From: Pseudomonadota bacterium
GTDB lineage: Bacteria; Bdellovibrionota; FAC87; UBA2466
Reading direction: 5' to 3'
Length of the DNA: 18,932 nt
Assembly (NCBI GenBank): GCA_043718025.1
Contig: JAYSWN010000199.1
Coordinates: 1 to 18,932 of the forward strand
The notes beneath the pieces were generated by a model. That model worked only from the letters and a program-made list of their open reading frames with translations, did not search any database and was not told where the DNA came from. Position numbers and translations under genes: made by a program. Positions 6,983 through 16,117 of the stretch are shown here, one piece after another. The stretch's first letter is position 1. Each line of letters begins with the position of its first letter.

Positions 6983-8743
6983 TTGGCCAGCTTGCGTACC
7001 CGCGAAGCCAGTCTGGCCACGGCCCGGATGGTGACTTTTGGCCTTGGCTTCTTCGGCACCATTGCGTTGGTGTTTGCCCGCCATCCCTGGGGCCCCCCTT
7101 TTTCCATCCTTTTTGTAGCGACCTTTATCGTTCTGGTGCTTTGGCACTCCAAAGTGCGCACCGCCCTGCGCAAACGCGTAACCTACCGGATAATTTTAGA
7201 ACGAGAAGTTGCGGTGATTGAACGCGATTGGACACGTCTTCCCGCTCTGCCCCTTTACGAAACCGTGGGATCACCCCGCTACTATTCGGATCTGGATCTG
7301 GTGGGCGAAAGCTCATTGCTGCGGCTTTTAAACACCACCCTCTCTAATTCTGGATTTCAAAAATTGGCGGCCTTATTTTCGAGCAACGGCATCACCAACG
7401 ATCTGATTTCGCATCGTCAGGCGATCGTAAAAGAGCTTCAGGCTAAACGCGCCTTTCGCCGCAAGCTTCACTTGCTCGGCAACTTAGAAAACGATGCTAT
7501 CGTTGATCTGCTGAGCCTCGAGTCTTTCGTAGACGAGCCGTTTCATTCAAGCCAGGCGCCGCGAATGGTATTGGCCATCGTTGCGCTTTATGTTTTAGCC
7601 ATTGCGCTGGGCATCGGTTTTATCGCACGGTCAATTGGGCCGTATTTTCTGGTGCCATGGTTCGGCGCTTTCTTGATTTTTTCTTGGGCTTCATCGCATT
7701 TTTACAATCCGTTTGGGCGGGCCCTCACCTTAGAAGCGACGCTCACTAAGTTTTCTAAAATCGCTCGCCTGCTTGAATCGTACCGGGCAAAAAAAGGGTC
7801 TGACCTGGCGGCGCTACTTGAACCGTTTCAAGGCTCACACCGCCCTTCTAAAGAGGCCCGCAAACTTAGTCTGCTGGTCAGTCTGTTAAGCACGCGGGCA
7901 AATCCGTTGGTCTACATTCTGGTTCACATCGTCTTTCCGTTAGACTACGTGGTCACCTTGGCGCTAGAGAGTTTTCGCAAACGGCTAAAAGAGGACGTAA
8001 AGGCGTGGACCACCTCTTTTTCTGAGCTCGAGGCCTTTTTGTGTCTAGCTGGTTTCGCCGACATTTTTTCTAAAGTGAGCGTCTACCCGGCGCTAGTTAA
8101 CGAAAACACTCGTGCCCCCCACCTCGAGGCTAAAAAGGTGCGCCACCCCCTGTTGAATGAAAAAGAGAGTATCGGTAATGACTTTGTATTAGACGAAGCT
8201 CACTGGTGCGATCTCATCACCGGTTCGAACATGTCGGGCAAGAGCACGTTCTTACGGACCTTAGGTTCCAATGTTCTACTCGCCAAAGCAGGGGCTCCCG
8301 TCTTCGCCGAGGCCTTCCGTTTTTCGAACTGCCGTCTCTACACCATGTTGCGGGTCGCCGATTCGCTCGAAGACCACGTCTCCTCTTTCTACGCCGAAGT
8401 GCAGGCCCTTAAAGAAATTTTAGACGCCGCTAATGAAACGGCGGGACCACCGGTGTTCTATTTGATCGATGAAATTTTCAGAGGAACGAATAACCGCGAA
8501 AGGCTTTTGGGAAGCCGCGCCTACATCGAGGCTATGTCTAAGTTACGGGCCGGCGGTTTAATTGCCACCCACGATCTTGAGTTGGCTGAACTTGCCCAGA
8601 CCAAAGAAGGTATGAGCAACTTTCATTTTAAAGAGATTATCGAGGGAAACAAAATGCGTTTCTCTTACCTTATTGCGTCGGGACCGTGTCCTACCACCAA
8701 CGCCCTAAAGATCATGGAGATCGCCGGCCTGCCGGTTCCCTAA
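6983..8743 (+). CDS. Membrane-anchored MutS-related ATPase (MutS domain V)
   Basis: Walker A ITGSNMSGKSTFLR, SSFYAEV, Walker B LIDEIFRGTN and IATHDLEL, with N-terminal TM helices and no mismatch-binding domain. The start is uncertain because the frame is open back to 6911. Confidence 0.9.
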   Translation: MASLRTREASLATARMVTFGLGFFGTIALVFARHPWGPPFSILFVATFIVLVLWHSKVRTALRKRVTYRIILEREVAVIERDWTRLPALPLYETVGSPRYYSDLDLVGESSLLRLLNTTLSNSGFQKLAALFSSNGITNDLISHRQAIVKELQAKRAFRRKLHLLGNLENDAIVDLLSLESFVDEPFHSSQAPRMVLAIVALYVLAIALGIGFIARSIGPYFLVPWFGAFLIFSWASSHFYNPFGRALTLEATLTKFSKIARLLESYRAKKGSDLAALLEPFQGSHRPSKEARKLSLLVSLLSTRANPLVYILVHIVFPLDYVVTLALESFRKRLKEDVKAWTTSFSELEAFLCLAGFADIFSKVSVYPALVNENTRAPHLEAKKVRHPLLNEKESIGNDFVLDEAHWCDLITGSNMSGKSTFLRTLGSNVLLAKAGAPVFAEAFRFSNCRLYTMLRVADSLEDHVSSFYAEVQALKEILDAANETAGPPVFYLIDEIFRGTNNRERLLGSRAYIEAMSKLRAGGLIATHDLELAELAQTKEGMSNFHFKEIIEGNKMRFSYLIASGPCPTTNALKIMEIAGLPVP

Positions 8744-8744
8744 T

Positions 8745-10121
8745 TCACTTTAATTGTAAGTCGCTCCAAATTTTTTCTTCAGTATAAAAACCATCGTGCC
8801 CGCTATCTTTGAATTCACTAAAGGTCACTCGCCCCTTTAACTGGTTCACGGTGGCGGTAAATGACTCGCTCGGCACTAAAGGGTCCAACGCACCCGCGTA
8901 GAGAAAAAACTTAAGGCCCGGAAACTCTTCCAAACGCTTTTGCACGTTTTCAATTTTATAGGGTTCTCGTTTAGTCACAACGGCCACAACGTTGTTCCAC
9001 TTCTGTTCAAACGCCACACTCAGGCGACACTCGTTAAACGGCAGCTCGGCTGGCTTCAACCCTTGTTGTTCCAATACTCGTTGGGCAGCAACACAAACAT
9101 CTTCATCGTCAACTAACGACGCTTCCACCAACCCCACCACCGAAGCGGCAAATCCATTGTGGCTCAAGTAAGAATTGAAGAAAAAGGCTTGGGCAATCCC
9201 CCTTACCCAACTCAAAAAATAATCGTGTTCATGGTAGTCAGCCGCCACAATCCACTCATGCACCGCGGCCCAGCTGGCCGGAAACGCTAAAGGAAAAACC
9301 AGTGCGTCGAGTACCCCGGGACCACAAATACGGCTAGTGCCGTCGGTAAAGCAAAGGGCGTCGGGTACACGTTTACGCGCTTGTTCGATAATTCGGCGGT
9401 CATCAGGATATTTCTTAAAATAAAGATCTCCGATTCTCTGCTGCGCTTGAATTCTAAAAACAAACTCTTCCACCGCGTCCTTTGCAAACGCCGCGCCGTG
9501 GGCGTATGCCGCAAGTAAACTCTGAGGAGCCATTTCTACGTAGCGCTGAACCATCCAACCACCGGCGCTTTGGCCGTACGCTTTCCACTTTTTGTTTACT
9601 CCCAGCAGTTTCTCGCGAATCACTTCAGCGTCTCTTACGATCGCCTTACTTCCGTAGTGGGCCAATCGTTTCGCGTTAGTTTCATTTATTTCACTAGGGT
9701 AAGGCGTCGAACAGCCGGTGCCCCTTTGATCGATGAAAACCATGGGGATTTTTTTGGCGGCAATCTTTTCTCTCATCGCCGTAAATGAGCCGTGGCTTTC
9801 AATGGTTGGGCCACCATTAAAGAAAACGATGGCGTCTTTGGTTTTCACTTCGGCCGAGTTCCAATAGTAAAAAACGTCAATGCGCGGCGAGGAGGGGTCA
9901 GACCAGTTTTCGAGAACGCTCACACTCCCCTGCTCATACTCCGGAGGTAGAGCTTCTAGAAAGGTCTCACATATTTTTTTCGGATCAACGGCGCGAGGGG
10001 TGACCCAAACGTCGGTAGGCAGCGGGTTCCATTGGGTTCTTGGGGCCGGGGCGGCAGGCGGTGATGTGCGCCCACACCCGTAAAGTAAAAGACCGAGGAC
10101 CAGGGAGAAAAAAAGTTTCAT
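8745..10121 (-). CDS. Alpha/beta-hydrolase lipoprotein (prolyl aminopeptidase/TAP-like)
   Basis: Lipobox MKLFFSLVLGLLLYGC, FNGGP, DQRGTGCS, nucleophile GQSAGG, GALDPLVP (Asp) and SGHDG (His). Confidence 0.85.
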   Translation of the reverse strand: MKLFFSLVLGLLLYGCGRTSPPAAPAPRTQWNPLPTDVWVTPRAVDPKKICETFLEALPPEYEQGSVSVLENWSDPSSPRIDVFYYWNSAEVKTKDAIVFFNGGPTIESHGSFTAMREKIAAKKIPMVFIDQRGTGCSTPYPSEINETNAKRLAHYGSKAIVRDAEVIREKLLGVNKKWKAYGQSAGGWMVQRYVEMAPQSLLAAYAHGAAFAKDAVEEFVFRIQAQQRIGDLYFKKYPDDRRIIEQARKRVPDALCFTDGTSRICGPGVLDALVFPLAFPASWAAVHEWIVAADYHEHDYFLSWVRGIAQAFFFNSYLSHNGFAASVVGLVEASLVDDEDVCVAAQRVLEQQGLKPAELPFNECRLSVAFEQKWNNVVAVVTKREPYKIENVQKRLEEFPGLKFFLYAGALDPLVPSESFTATVNQLKGRVTFSEFKDSGHDGFYTEEKIWSDLQLK

Positions 10122-10173
10122 ATGCCTGGCACCTATACCATTTTGCGAATCACTAACCCAGGCGCCTAAATTG

Positions 10174-10935
10174 TCACCGGTAGGCTGTCGCAAACTTGCT
10201 AAAATCGGCCGCGCCCAGCCGGATGGTGTCGAAACCGTTTGTAATTCTGGCCTCTTGCAAGTTCAAATCGATCGCCATCTCCCGGAAGGCCCCCACGTCG
10301 GCGGCGCTGGGTGCCGTTACTCCCAAAATATTGTCCTGCCCCAAAAGGAAGTTATGATTATGAAGATTCTGCGAAACTTGCCAATCGGGATTGGTGTTAA
10401 TCTCCTGCTTCACCCATGCCGTTATTTTTGCGAGCCCTTTCATGCCGGCTTGGTTGATCGTGTAATAAAATATTTTGAGTCCGCGGTGCCGACGCGACCG
10501 CAATACGAATGCCATGAATTCAGTCGGGCTTTTCACCATGTCCATGCGGTCCGTCTGTTGGCTTAACAAAAGAGCTTCCCAACACTGAATGGGAAAAATC
10601 AGGGTTGGATTCTCGATCGCCACCTTCACATTAAAACGATCGGCAGAATGGGCTGGCAATAGCGGCAAGGCCCGTCGTAACAGACTTAACGCGGAGAGAT
10701 CTGGTACGACGCCAAGAACCGTCTCCCTATATTTATCAAGCGATACGCTATTCGGCTTGGAGGCCTTATAAAACGCTACCGAGTCAGCCACTTCCCAAGA
10801 TTGAAACAGCTCACTCCCCGGCATAGCGGCCGGGCCATTTGAGAATAGGATAATTGGCGAAGTCACAAACTCGCAAGGCATGGCCGATAGCCCGAGCCCC
10901 AAAGAAACCAGTAAGAAAGCAAACCACAACCTCAT
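10174..10935 (-). CDS. Secreted protein with JAB/MPN-like metal motif
   Basis: Signal peptide MRLWFAFLLVSLGLGLSA, followed by E (TEFMAF) ... LHNH-x15-SAAD. Confidence 0.55.
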   Translation of the reverse strand: MRLWFAFLLVSLGLGLSAMPCEFVTSPIILFSNGPAAMPGSELFQSWEVADSVAFYKASKPNSVSLDKYRETVLGVVPDLSALSLLRRALPLLPAHSADRFNVKVAIENPTLIFPIQCWEALLLSQQTDRMDMVKSPTEFMAFVLRSRRHRGLKIFYYTINQAGMKGLAKITAWVKQEINTNPDWQVSQNLHNHNFLLGQDNILGVTAPSAADVGAFREMAIDLNLQEARITNGFDTIRLGAADFSKFATAYR

Positions 10936-11016
10936 CAAACGAGGGTAGCGGGGCCGGTCCGAAAAGGGAATCTGCCGGCTTATTTAGCGTTATCGCAATT
11001 TAAAAACAGGAAAAGC

Positions 11017-12093
11017 TTAACGTCGCTTAACCCCAAGAAATTGAATGCGATCGACCAGGTCCTTTTCAATGGATTCGGCAATTTTATTTTGCCCCAAGGC
11101 CGAGGGGTGAAAGGCATCATCGGCGTGCAAAAGTTTGAGATCGTCTAGCAAAGCCCCGTTGATCGCCTTCGAATAAACCACTTCGATTTCATCCGAACGC
11201 CCGGCCTTCTTAATTTCATCGCTAAGCTCCTTGGCCAACGTCTCAATCGCCACATTTATTTTTTCGGCCAGTTCCACGATCTCTTTCGTTTGAAGAATCG
11301 AGGGAAACCGTTCTGTAGCCATTTCGAAAAAGGGGAAGTTCTTTGGGTTTTCAACATGCCTTTTTTCTGCAAGCCGCCGAGTCTCTAGCGAGGTTTTAAT
11401 GTTCATCGTTCCGAGCAGCACGATGCTCACCCTAGTTTTCTTTTCGGCGTAGCCCTTGATCAATGATTCCAATTCAATGCGGTACTCCCGTTGAATGCTT
11501 TGCGGAATGCTCGCCAGGTAGTCTTCTTTCTTCGTCGTCTTCAAATCAACGATGTTGTCCAGGTCATATTGAAAATCCAAATTGTTGTGGAATGGGGCCA
11601 GTAAGATCAAATTTGGTTTGTCGTTTAGCTTTTTCAATCGAGCCATCTGCGCCGAGAAATTTTGAATCCCGCCCAACAGATTGGCCATGCTGCGATTTAG
11701 CTTGGTGGCTTTGTCGACATAGGCCCCGGCCCATGCCGCATTCGTCATGCGCACTGGGTAGGCAACGCTAAGCCGTTCAAAAACTCCCGTGAGTTCGCTA
11801 CCGGCCGGGGTGGCCAGGTTCATCGCCCAACCTTTAAAATGACGGTTACGCGTTCGCTGCATCATTTCGGCGGTAGTATTGTACGTCATCTCCCCGCAGG
11901 AGACGCTGTCGCCCAATACGTAAAGATCGAGGCGCTGGTCCGACGGTACGGCTTCAAACCCTTCGCTCATCGCCACGTCGCCGGATACCTTGAAACCGTT
12001 CGCGGCGCCAGCGGGCCTCTCTGCCCTAGGCTGAGGCGGTTGGCCGCAGGCGATTAGGGGAATGAGCAAAAACAAGAAATTTAAGTTTTTCAC
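11017..12093 (-). CDS. SGNH/GDSL hydrolase lipoprotein
   Basis: Lipobox LIAC, block I VLGDSVS, block II NAAWAGA, block III FHNNL and block V DAFHPS..GQ.KIA. Confidence 0.85.
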   Translation of the reverse strand: MKNLNFLFLLIPLIACGQPPQPRAERPAGAANGFKVSGDVAMSEGFEAVPSDQRLDLYVLGDSVSCGEMTYNTTAEMMQRTRNRHFKGWAMNLATPAGSELTGVFERLSVAYPVRMTNAAWAGAYVDKATKLNRSMANLLGGIQNFSAQMARLKKLNDKPNLILLAPFHNNLDFQYDLDNIVDLKTTKKEDYLASIPQSIQREYRIELESLIKGYAEKKTRVSIVLLGTMNIKTSLETRRLAEKRHVENPKNFPFFEMATERFPSILQTKEIVELAEKINVAIETLAKELSDEIKKAGRSDEIEVVYSKAINGALLDDLKLLHADDAFHPSALGQNKIAESIEKDLVDRIQFLGVKRR

Positions 12094-12171
12094 GCAGGAC
12101 CTCTGCGCGACTTATATAGAATTGAAGGAGGTGGATCAACAGGCCAAAATTGTCACGCGAACAGAAAATAG

Positions 12172-12216
12172 AAATAGCCAAGATCGAGATTTTACCTTCG
12201 AAATTGGCTGTTTTTT
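12172..12216 (-). terminator. Probable intrinsic terminator after csp
   Basis: AAATAGCCAA (12172-12181) pairs with TTGGCTGTTT (12204-12213), with T/A-rich flanks on both sides, about 20 nt past the csp stop. Confidence 0.5.
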
Positions 12217-12233
12217 AACTATTTAAATGAGAC

Positions 12234-12431
12234 TTACGACAGAACGCGAACGTTGCTGGCTTGTGGGCCTTTTTTGCCCGCAACCACGTCGAATTCTACT
12301 TGCGTGCCTTCTTGGAGATCGGCGCCGCCGGTGTCATTGGCATGAACGAATACGTCTTTTCCGCCGCCTTCTGGAGCGATAAATCCGAAACCTTTGCCTG
12401 TGTTAAAAAACTTTACTGTGCCTTTAGCCAT
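12234..12431 (-). CDS. csp: Cold-shock protein (CspA family)
   Basis: [18 protein letters not shown] (RNP1) ... DVFVH (RNP2) ... [10 protein letters not shown], 65 aa from ATG 12431. Confidence 0.97.
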   Translation of the reverse strand: MAKGTVKFFNTGKGFGFIAPEGGGKDVFVHANDTGGADLQEGTQVEFDVVAGKKGPQASNVRVLS

Positions 12432-12550
12432 TTTTATTGCTTTCTTAGATATGTAGACAACTAACTTTGGTCGCCTGTAATCGCCCAGAATAGACACGTT
12501 TTTTGTAAATGTCTCGCTAATTCTTTCAAAACAGCAAGGCCCTCACTCCG

Positions 12551-13798
12551 TCAGCGTTCCAAAACCCCGCCTTGAAGCCAGGCTTGCATGCTTGGGCGCA
12601 AAAGATTTTCGAATCGGGCCACCACCGATAGTGCCTGTCCGGTCTTGGGTCGGAGCGCAGGCCCGCGCGACCCATGATAGATGCCCGCTATAAAAGGCAG
12701 TTGCGAGTCCTCTCTTTGCCAAGGATTGCCAAACAGTAAGCTGGTTCCCGAATCCCCTTTGCCTGGGCTGCAGTGGTCGGCGTCTTGAATTTTAAGATCA
12801 TTTTCACGAATGGCCAGGTACTCCGGCTCACCATCGCCGGTGGAAAGCATGGAATTGCTAATTTTTATGCGAAAGGACTCATTTCGCCCCCCCGAGCGAA
12901 ATGCTTTGGTCAGTTTCTTGTCCTGGTCAGCGCAGCCATCGGCATCTACCGCTTGCCCTAACGGCGTCCAGGGACAGAGGTCTTTTTGGTTTACCACTCG
13001 ATCTGAATCGAAGTCGCCGTGGCCGGGCTGAATGGTATCAATCTGAAGTCCCCAGCCATTAAGGCTCAGTCTTTTACCTTTTATATCTAGAGTTGATTTT
13101 GCCAGCGGCAAAGAACGGATACCTCGAATGTCTGATCGAGCCACCGCAACATCGTAAATCCCGCTTGTGTTGCCCTCTGGTTCAATCAGTAGTTCCAGAA
13201 GATAGAGTGGATGAACCTTAACCGAACCCTCACGCAGGGGGAGAACACCGGGACTTCCCTCGGTGACGTACTGCACTCGTTGGTGTCTAAAGGCCTGCAG
13301 ACTGCTCAACTCCCGATCCAAAGTGGTTATGGCGACCATCAACTTCTCCCAATCAACGGCACTGACTTGGGCCGTGCCACCAACGAAGAGGTCACGAGGA
13401 ATTAAGGGTTGTTTGCCTGGTGGCGAGGCAAAGGCGTGGGTGAAATGTTTCTCCAAGGCCACCAGCCTCTCCTCCGACCAAGGCACATTCGCCTTCATCA
13501 ATTTTCTAATTGAAAAGAGGGATTCTCCCAAATAGGTCCACCATCGGCTGTACAAACGAGCGGTAATAAAACAATGGGCGGCGCTAACGACAACGGACCG
13601 AACCAACGGCGCATCGATATAGCCGAAAGAATTAGTTCCCCCACATGTCCCGACGATCAAATCATTGCCCACTTTATGCGCCGACTCGATCACTACGAAT
13701 GGACTATTGTTTGGATCTCTGGGTAGGCCATTGTTGCCAAAAATGGGGAAGCTAAAAAACAGACTGGCAAAGAAATACCGCCACGCTTGGTCATTCAT
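12551..13798 (-). CDS. Divergent trypsin-like (S1) serine protease, secreted, with TSP3-type insert
   Basis: Signal peptide, TCGG, SAAHC (His), YDVAVA (Asp), GWG and GKGDSG (Ser). Insert DFDSDRVVNQKDLCPWTPLGQAVDADGC. Confidence 0.85.
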   Translation of the reverse strand: MNDQAWRYFFASLFFSFPIFGNNGLPRDPNNSPFVVIESAHKVGNDLIVGTCGGTNSFGYIDAPLVRSVVVSAAHCFITARLYSRWWTYLGESLFSIRKLMKANVPWSEERLVALEKHFTHAFASPPGKQPLIPRDLFVGGTAQVSAVDWEKLMVAITTLDRELSSLQAFRHQRVQYVTEGSPGVLPLREGSVKVHPLYLLELLIEPEGNTSGIYDVAVARSDIRGIRSLPLAKSTLDIKGKRLSLNGWGLQIDTIQPGHGDFDSDRVVNQKDLCPWTPLGQAVDADGCADQDKKLTKAFRSGGRNESFRIKISNSMLSTGDGEPEYLAIRENDLKIQDADHCSPGKGDSGTSLLFGNPWQREDSQLPFIAGIYHGSRGPALRPKTGQALSVVARFENLLRPSMQAWLQGGVLER

Positions 13799-13799
13799 C

Positions 13800-15386
13800 T
13801 TAGTCCCCCTGAATTTCCGGCAGGGCGTAGGCCGGATTATAGTAAAAGTAGTGATTAAATTGTCTGACCGAACTCACCAATTCCCAACGCCAGATCGTTT
13901 GGCCTGCAATAATTTTCCCCTCGTAGTCGGAGAGACGCAATCCAGCGCTTTTAATCTGATCTTCAAATGAACTCCAAACCTTCTCATTATGGTCAGACAC
14001 CTTTTTGTTGTACTCGTTGAGTGCGGCGAGTTGCCGCGTAAATTCGCCCTCGGGAATATTTGCGGGTCGTACCACTTGGAGACCATTGGAAGGAAACGGC
14101 ATTCCCTGCAAAAGGCAAAGTCGGTGATAGCTGCCCGGCAGTTGGGCAATGCCGTGGGCTCGAAGTTCCGCCATTGATCCGCGGCGTGGCGGATCATCTT
14201 GTTCATTGATTCCAGGAATTACGCTTTCGAATTTCGCCGTGTATTGGTGACGATAGTAATAGGTGCTGTAGTAGGGATTAGGTAGTTTTGCCTGAATAGT
14301 CGTCGCAAACTGATTCCAGAGATCGGTATTCGCCGCATGAATTTCCGAATTGTCGCGGCCTACTCTGGCGACATAACCACGAAACGCCTCATTGTAATCC
14401 ACGGGTACATTCACCGGCTGTTTCATCGTCCTGTAAATAGGAACCCTAATGCCCCATTCGAACGCCAAGTACTCATCTGTCCCTAGACGATGCGTGACAC
14501 TACGATTTTCTGCCGTGCCAATATTGGCGGGATGATAGCGATAGTAGAGCTCAGGCTGCAAAACTTTACTAGCGCCGTTGAGTTTGAGTGAACGGCGTTT
14601 TGCATAGAGTTCGTCACAAAAGCGCTGCCACCTTACTAGGTTGCGCGCGTCTATATTGACCGCTTTGCCCTTCAAAATCTCGTTAGTTCTTGGGTACAAT
14701 TCAGGAAAATGTGGTTCGCCGACAACAACCTCTTTTGGCAGGTAGTCGTGCGCGGAGGGCGGTTCAATGCCAAAGTGTTTCAGTTCACTATCGCTTCCAG
14801 GACGCAAAATCAGATCAACGGGGTCAACCCGCTCAACATTTGCCTGTTCGGTGTACGAAGATTCTGATGCAATGAAGTAGTAGTCATCATTATTGAGAAA
14901 TTTTTTTAAGTCCGGACCATCCGTAACGCGAATAAAAATATTCTCGGGCAATACCACCCCTTCCAAATCAAACTTAAGCCCCTGCTTCTCTCCACTTCGT
15001 GAAGGCCTCACTTTTGCGCGTAACACCGGAACGATTATTTGGGCACTCTTCTGTTCCCGCGTAAGGCGGACATAGCCTTTGGTTACAGTAACAAACAAAT
15101 TCACATTTACCGTGGTATCCAGGTTTCCCTCGGTGGGAATGATCACTTTGAATTCGTTATCTCGACCAAAAACTGCGGGATCAGCCTGTTCGGCTATTTT
15201 TGGATGGTCTTTTAAGTAGTCTTCCAGAACCCGCCGTGACTCTGCGCTATACTGCTCGGTAACGTTTAATTTGGTTTGCCCTATCTCCCTTTTTGAAATC
15301 TGGGCTGATTCCTGCCGGGCGTAGCCAATCCGGCCAAAAAATACGACCAGTATCGCGGAGACGAAACAAAAATGGTTAGTGCGCAT
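13800..15386 (-). CDS. Secreted hypothetical protein (528 aa) with internal helical repeat
   Basis: Signal peptide MRTNHFCFVSAILVVFFGRIGYA. It overlaps the upstream gene by 11 nt and ends 1 nt before the protease start. Confidence 0.8.
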   Translation of the reverse strand: MRTNHFCFVSAILVVFFGRIGYARQESAQISKREIGQTKLNVTEQYSAESRRVLEDYLKDHPKIAEQADPAVFGRDNEFKVIIPTEGNLDTTVNVNLFVTVTKGYVRLTREQKSAQIIVPVLRAKVRPSRSGEKQGLKFDLEGVVLPENIFIRVTDGPDLKKFLNNDDYYFIASESSYTEQANVERVDPVDLILRPGSDSELKHFGIEPPSAHDYLPKEVVVGEPHFPELYPRTNEILKGKAVNIDARNLVRWQRFCDELYAKRRSLKLNGASKVLQPELYYRYHPANIGTAENRSVTHRLGTDEYLAFEWGIRVPIYRTMKQPVNVPVDYNEAFRGYVARVGRDNSEIHAANTDLWNQFATTIQAKLPNPYYSTYYYRHQYTAKFESVIPGINEQDDPPRRGSMAELRAHGIAQLPGSYHRLCLLQGMPFPSNGLQVVRPANIPEGEFTRQLAALNEYNKKVSDHNEKVWSSFEDQIKSAGLRLSDYEGKIIAGQTIWRWELVSSVRQFNHYFYYNPAYALPEIQGD

Positions 15387-16062
15387 AAATATATGTGGGT
15401 TTGTTAAACGTTACCGTGGTGTCCGAATATTCAATTCGGCGCCAGGTTTTTCCGTTGTGCTCGCTAAAGCCTCCCGGGCATCTTAAGACTTGCCCAGTTT
15501 TTACCCGGTGCACAACTCCGCGCACCGCGACGGGATCGGTTGCTTTGACTGAAGAGCCATCTTCATCGCTGTCGTCATCGTGAATGACCGTACGGCGCCG
15601 ATCGATATTTAGATTCACGTCAATAACCGTACCCACATTGCCGGCAATCACGATCACGGTGACCGAATTAAACTCGTCCTGTTGCAAAACAACCCTGCCG
15701 CCCTTCGCCGTAGCCTTTAAAAAATGTCCTATCCGTTTTCGAACTTTAACGTCGGTACCGATGTTATCGACGATAGCGATAACATCTAAGTGATCGTGGC
15801 TTCGAGAGATGAGTAGGTGGTCCCTACCGGATATGGGGAGTTTCCGTTCCTCGGAATCTTTCATGGTATTGAATATTTTTCTCAGGTGTTCGGTAGGTAT
15901 TTCAATTCTGGTGGCGTGCGCCTCATTGAACGACTTGATCCCTATCAGCTGCTTAGCCCCTTCGCTTGAAATTACAAGGTCATCTGCAGTAGCGCTAAGG
16001 CCTACCAACTGAAAAAAGATAGCGATGGGAAACATCCCGAATGATTTTTTAACTTGCATCAT
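15376..16062 (-). CDS. Secreted hypothetical beta-rich protein with [GD]N[IV]G repeats
   Basis: GGAG RBS then MMQVKKSFGMFPIAIFFQLVGLSATA signal peptide. Contains IVDNIGTDVKV and IAGNVGTVIDV motifs. Confidence 0.75.
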   Translation of the reverse strand: MMQVKKSFGMFPIAIFFQLVGLSATADDLVISSEGAKQLIGIKSFNEAHATRIEIPTEHLRKIFNTMKDSEERKLPISGRDHLLISRSHDHLDVIAIVDNIGTDVKVRKRIGHFLKATAKGGRVVLQQDEFNSVTVIVIAGNVGTVIDVNLNIDRRRTVIHDDDSDEDGSSVKATDPVAVRGVVHRVKTGQVLRCPGGFSEHNGKTWRRIEYSDTTVTFNKPTYIYAH

Positions 16063-16074
16063 CACTCCCGACGG

Positions 16075-16106
16075 AAAAAATGGCGGAGGAGAGTGCCCCC
16101 CCGCCA
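16075..16106 (-). terminator. Intra-operon intrinsic terminator
   Basis: The minus strand reads TGGCGGGGGG-GCACTC-TCCTCCGCCA-TTTTTT: a 10-bp GC-rich stem (2 G-U pairs) plus U6, 11 nt after the stop at 16118. Confidence 0.8.
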
Positions 16107-16117
16107 ACCTTCATATA

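Noticed and set aside
6904..6983. Frameshift at the 5' end of the MutS-like gene
   Set aside because: An alternative frame (HRLTNQIHK) could join, but the main frame is open to 6911 and has a usable TTG. There is no evidence to prefer a shift.
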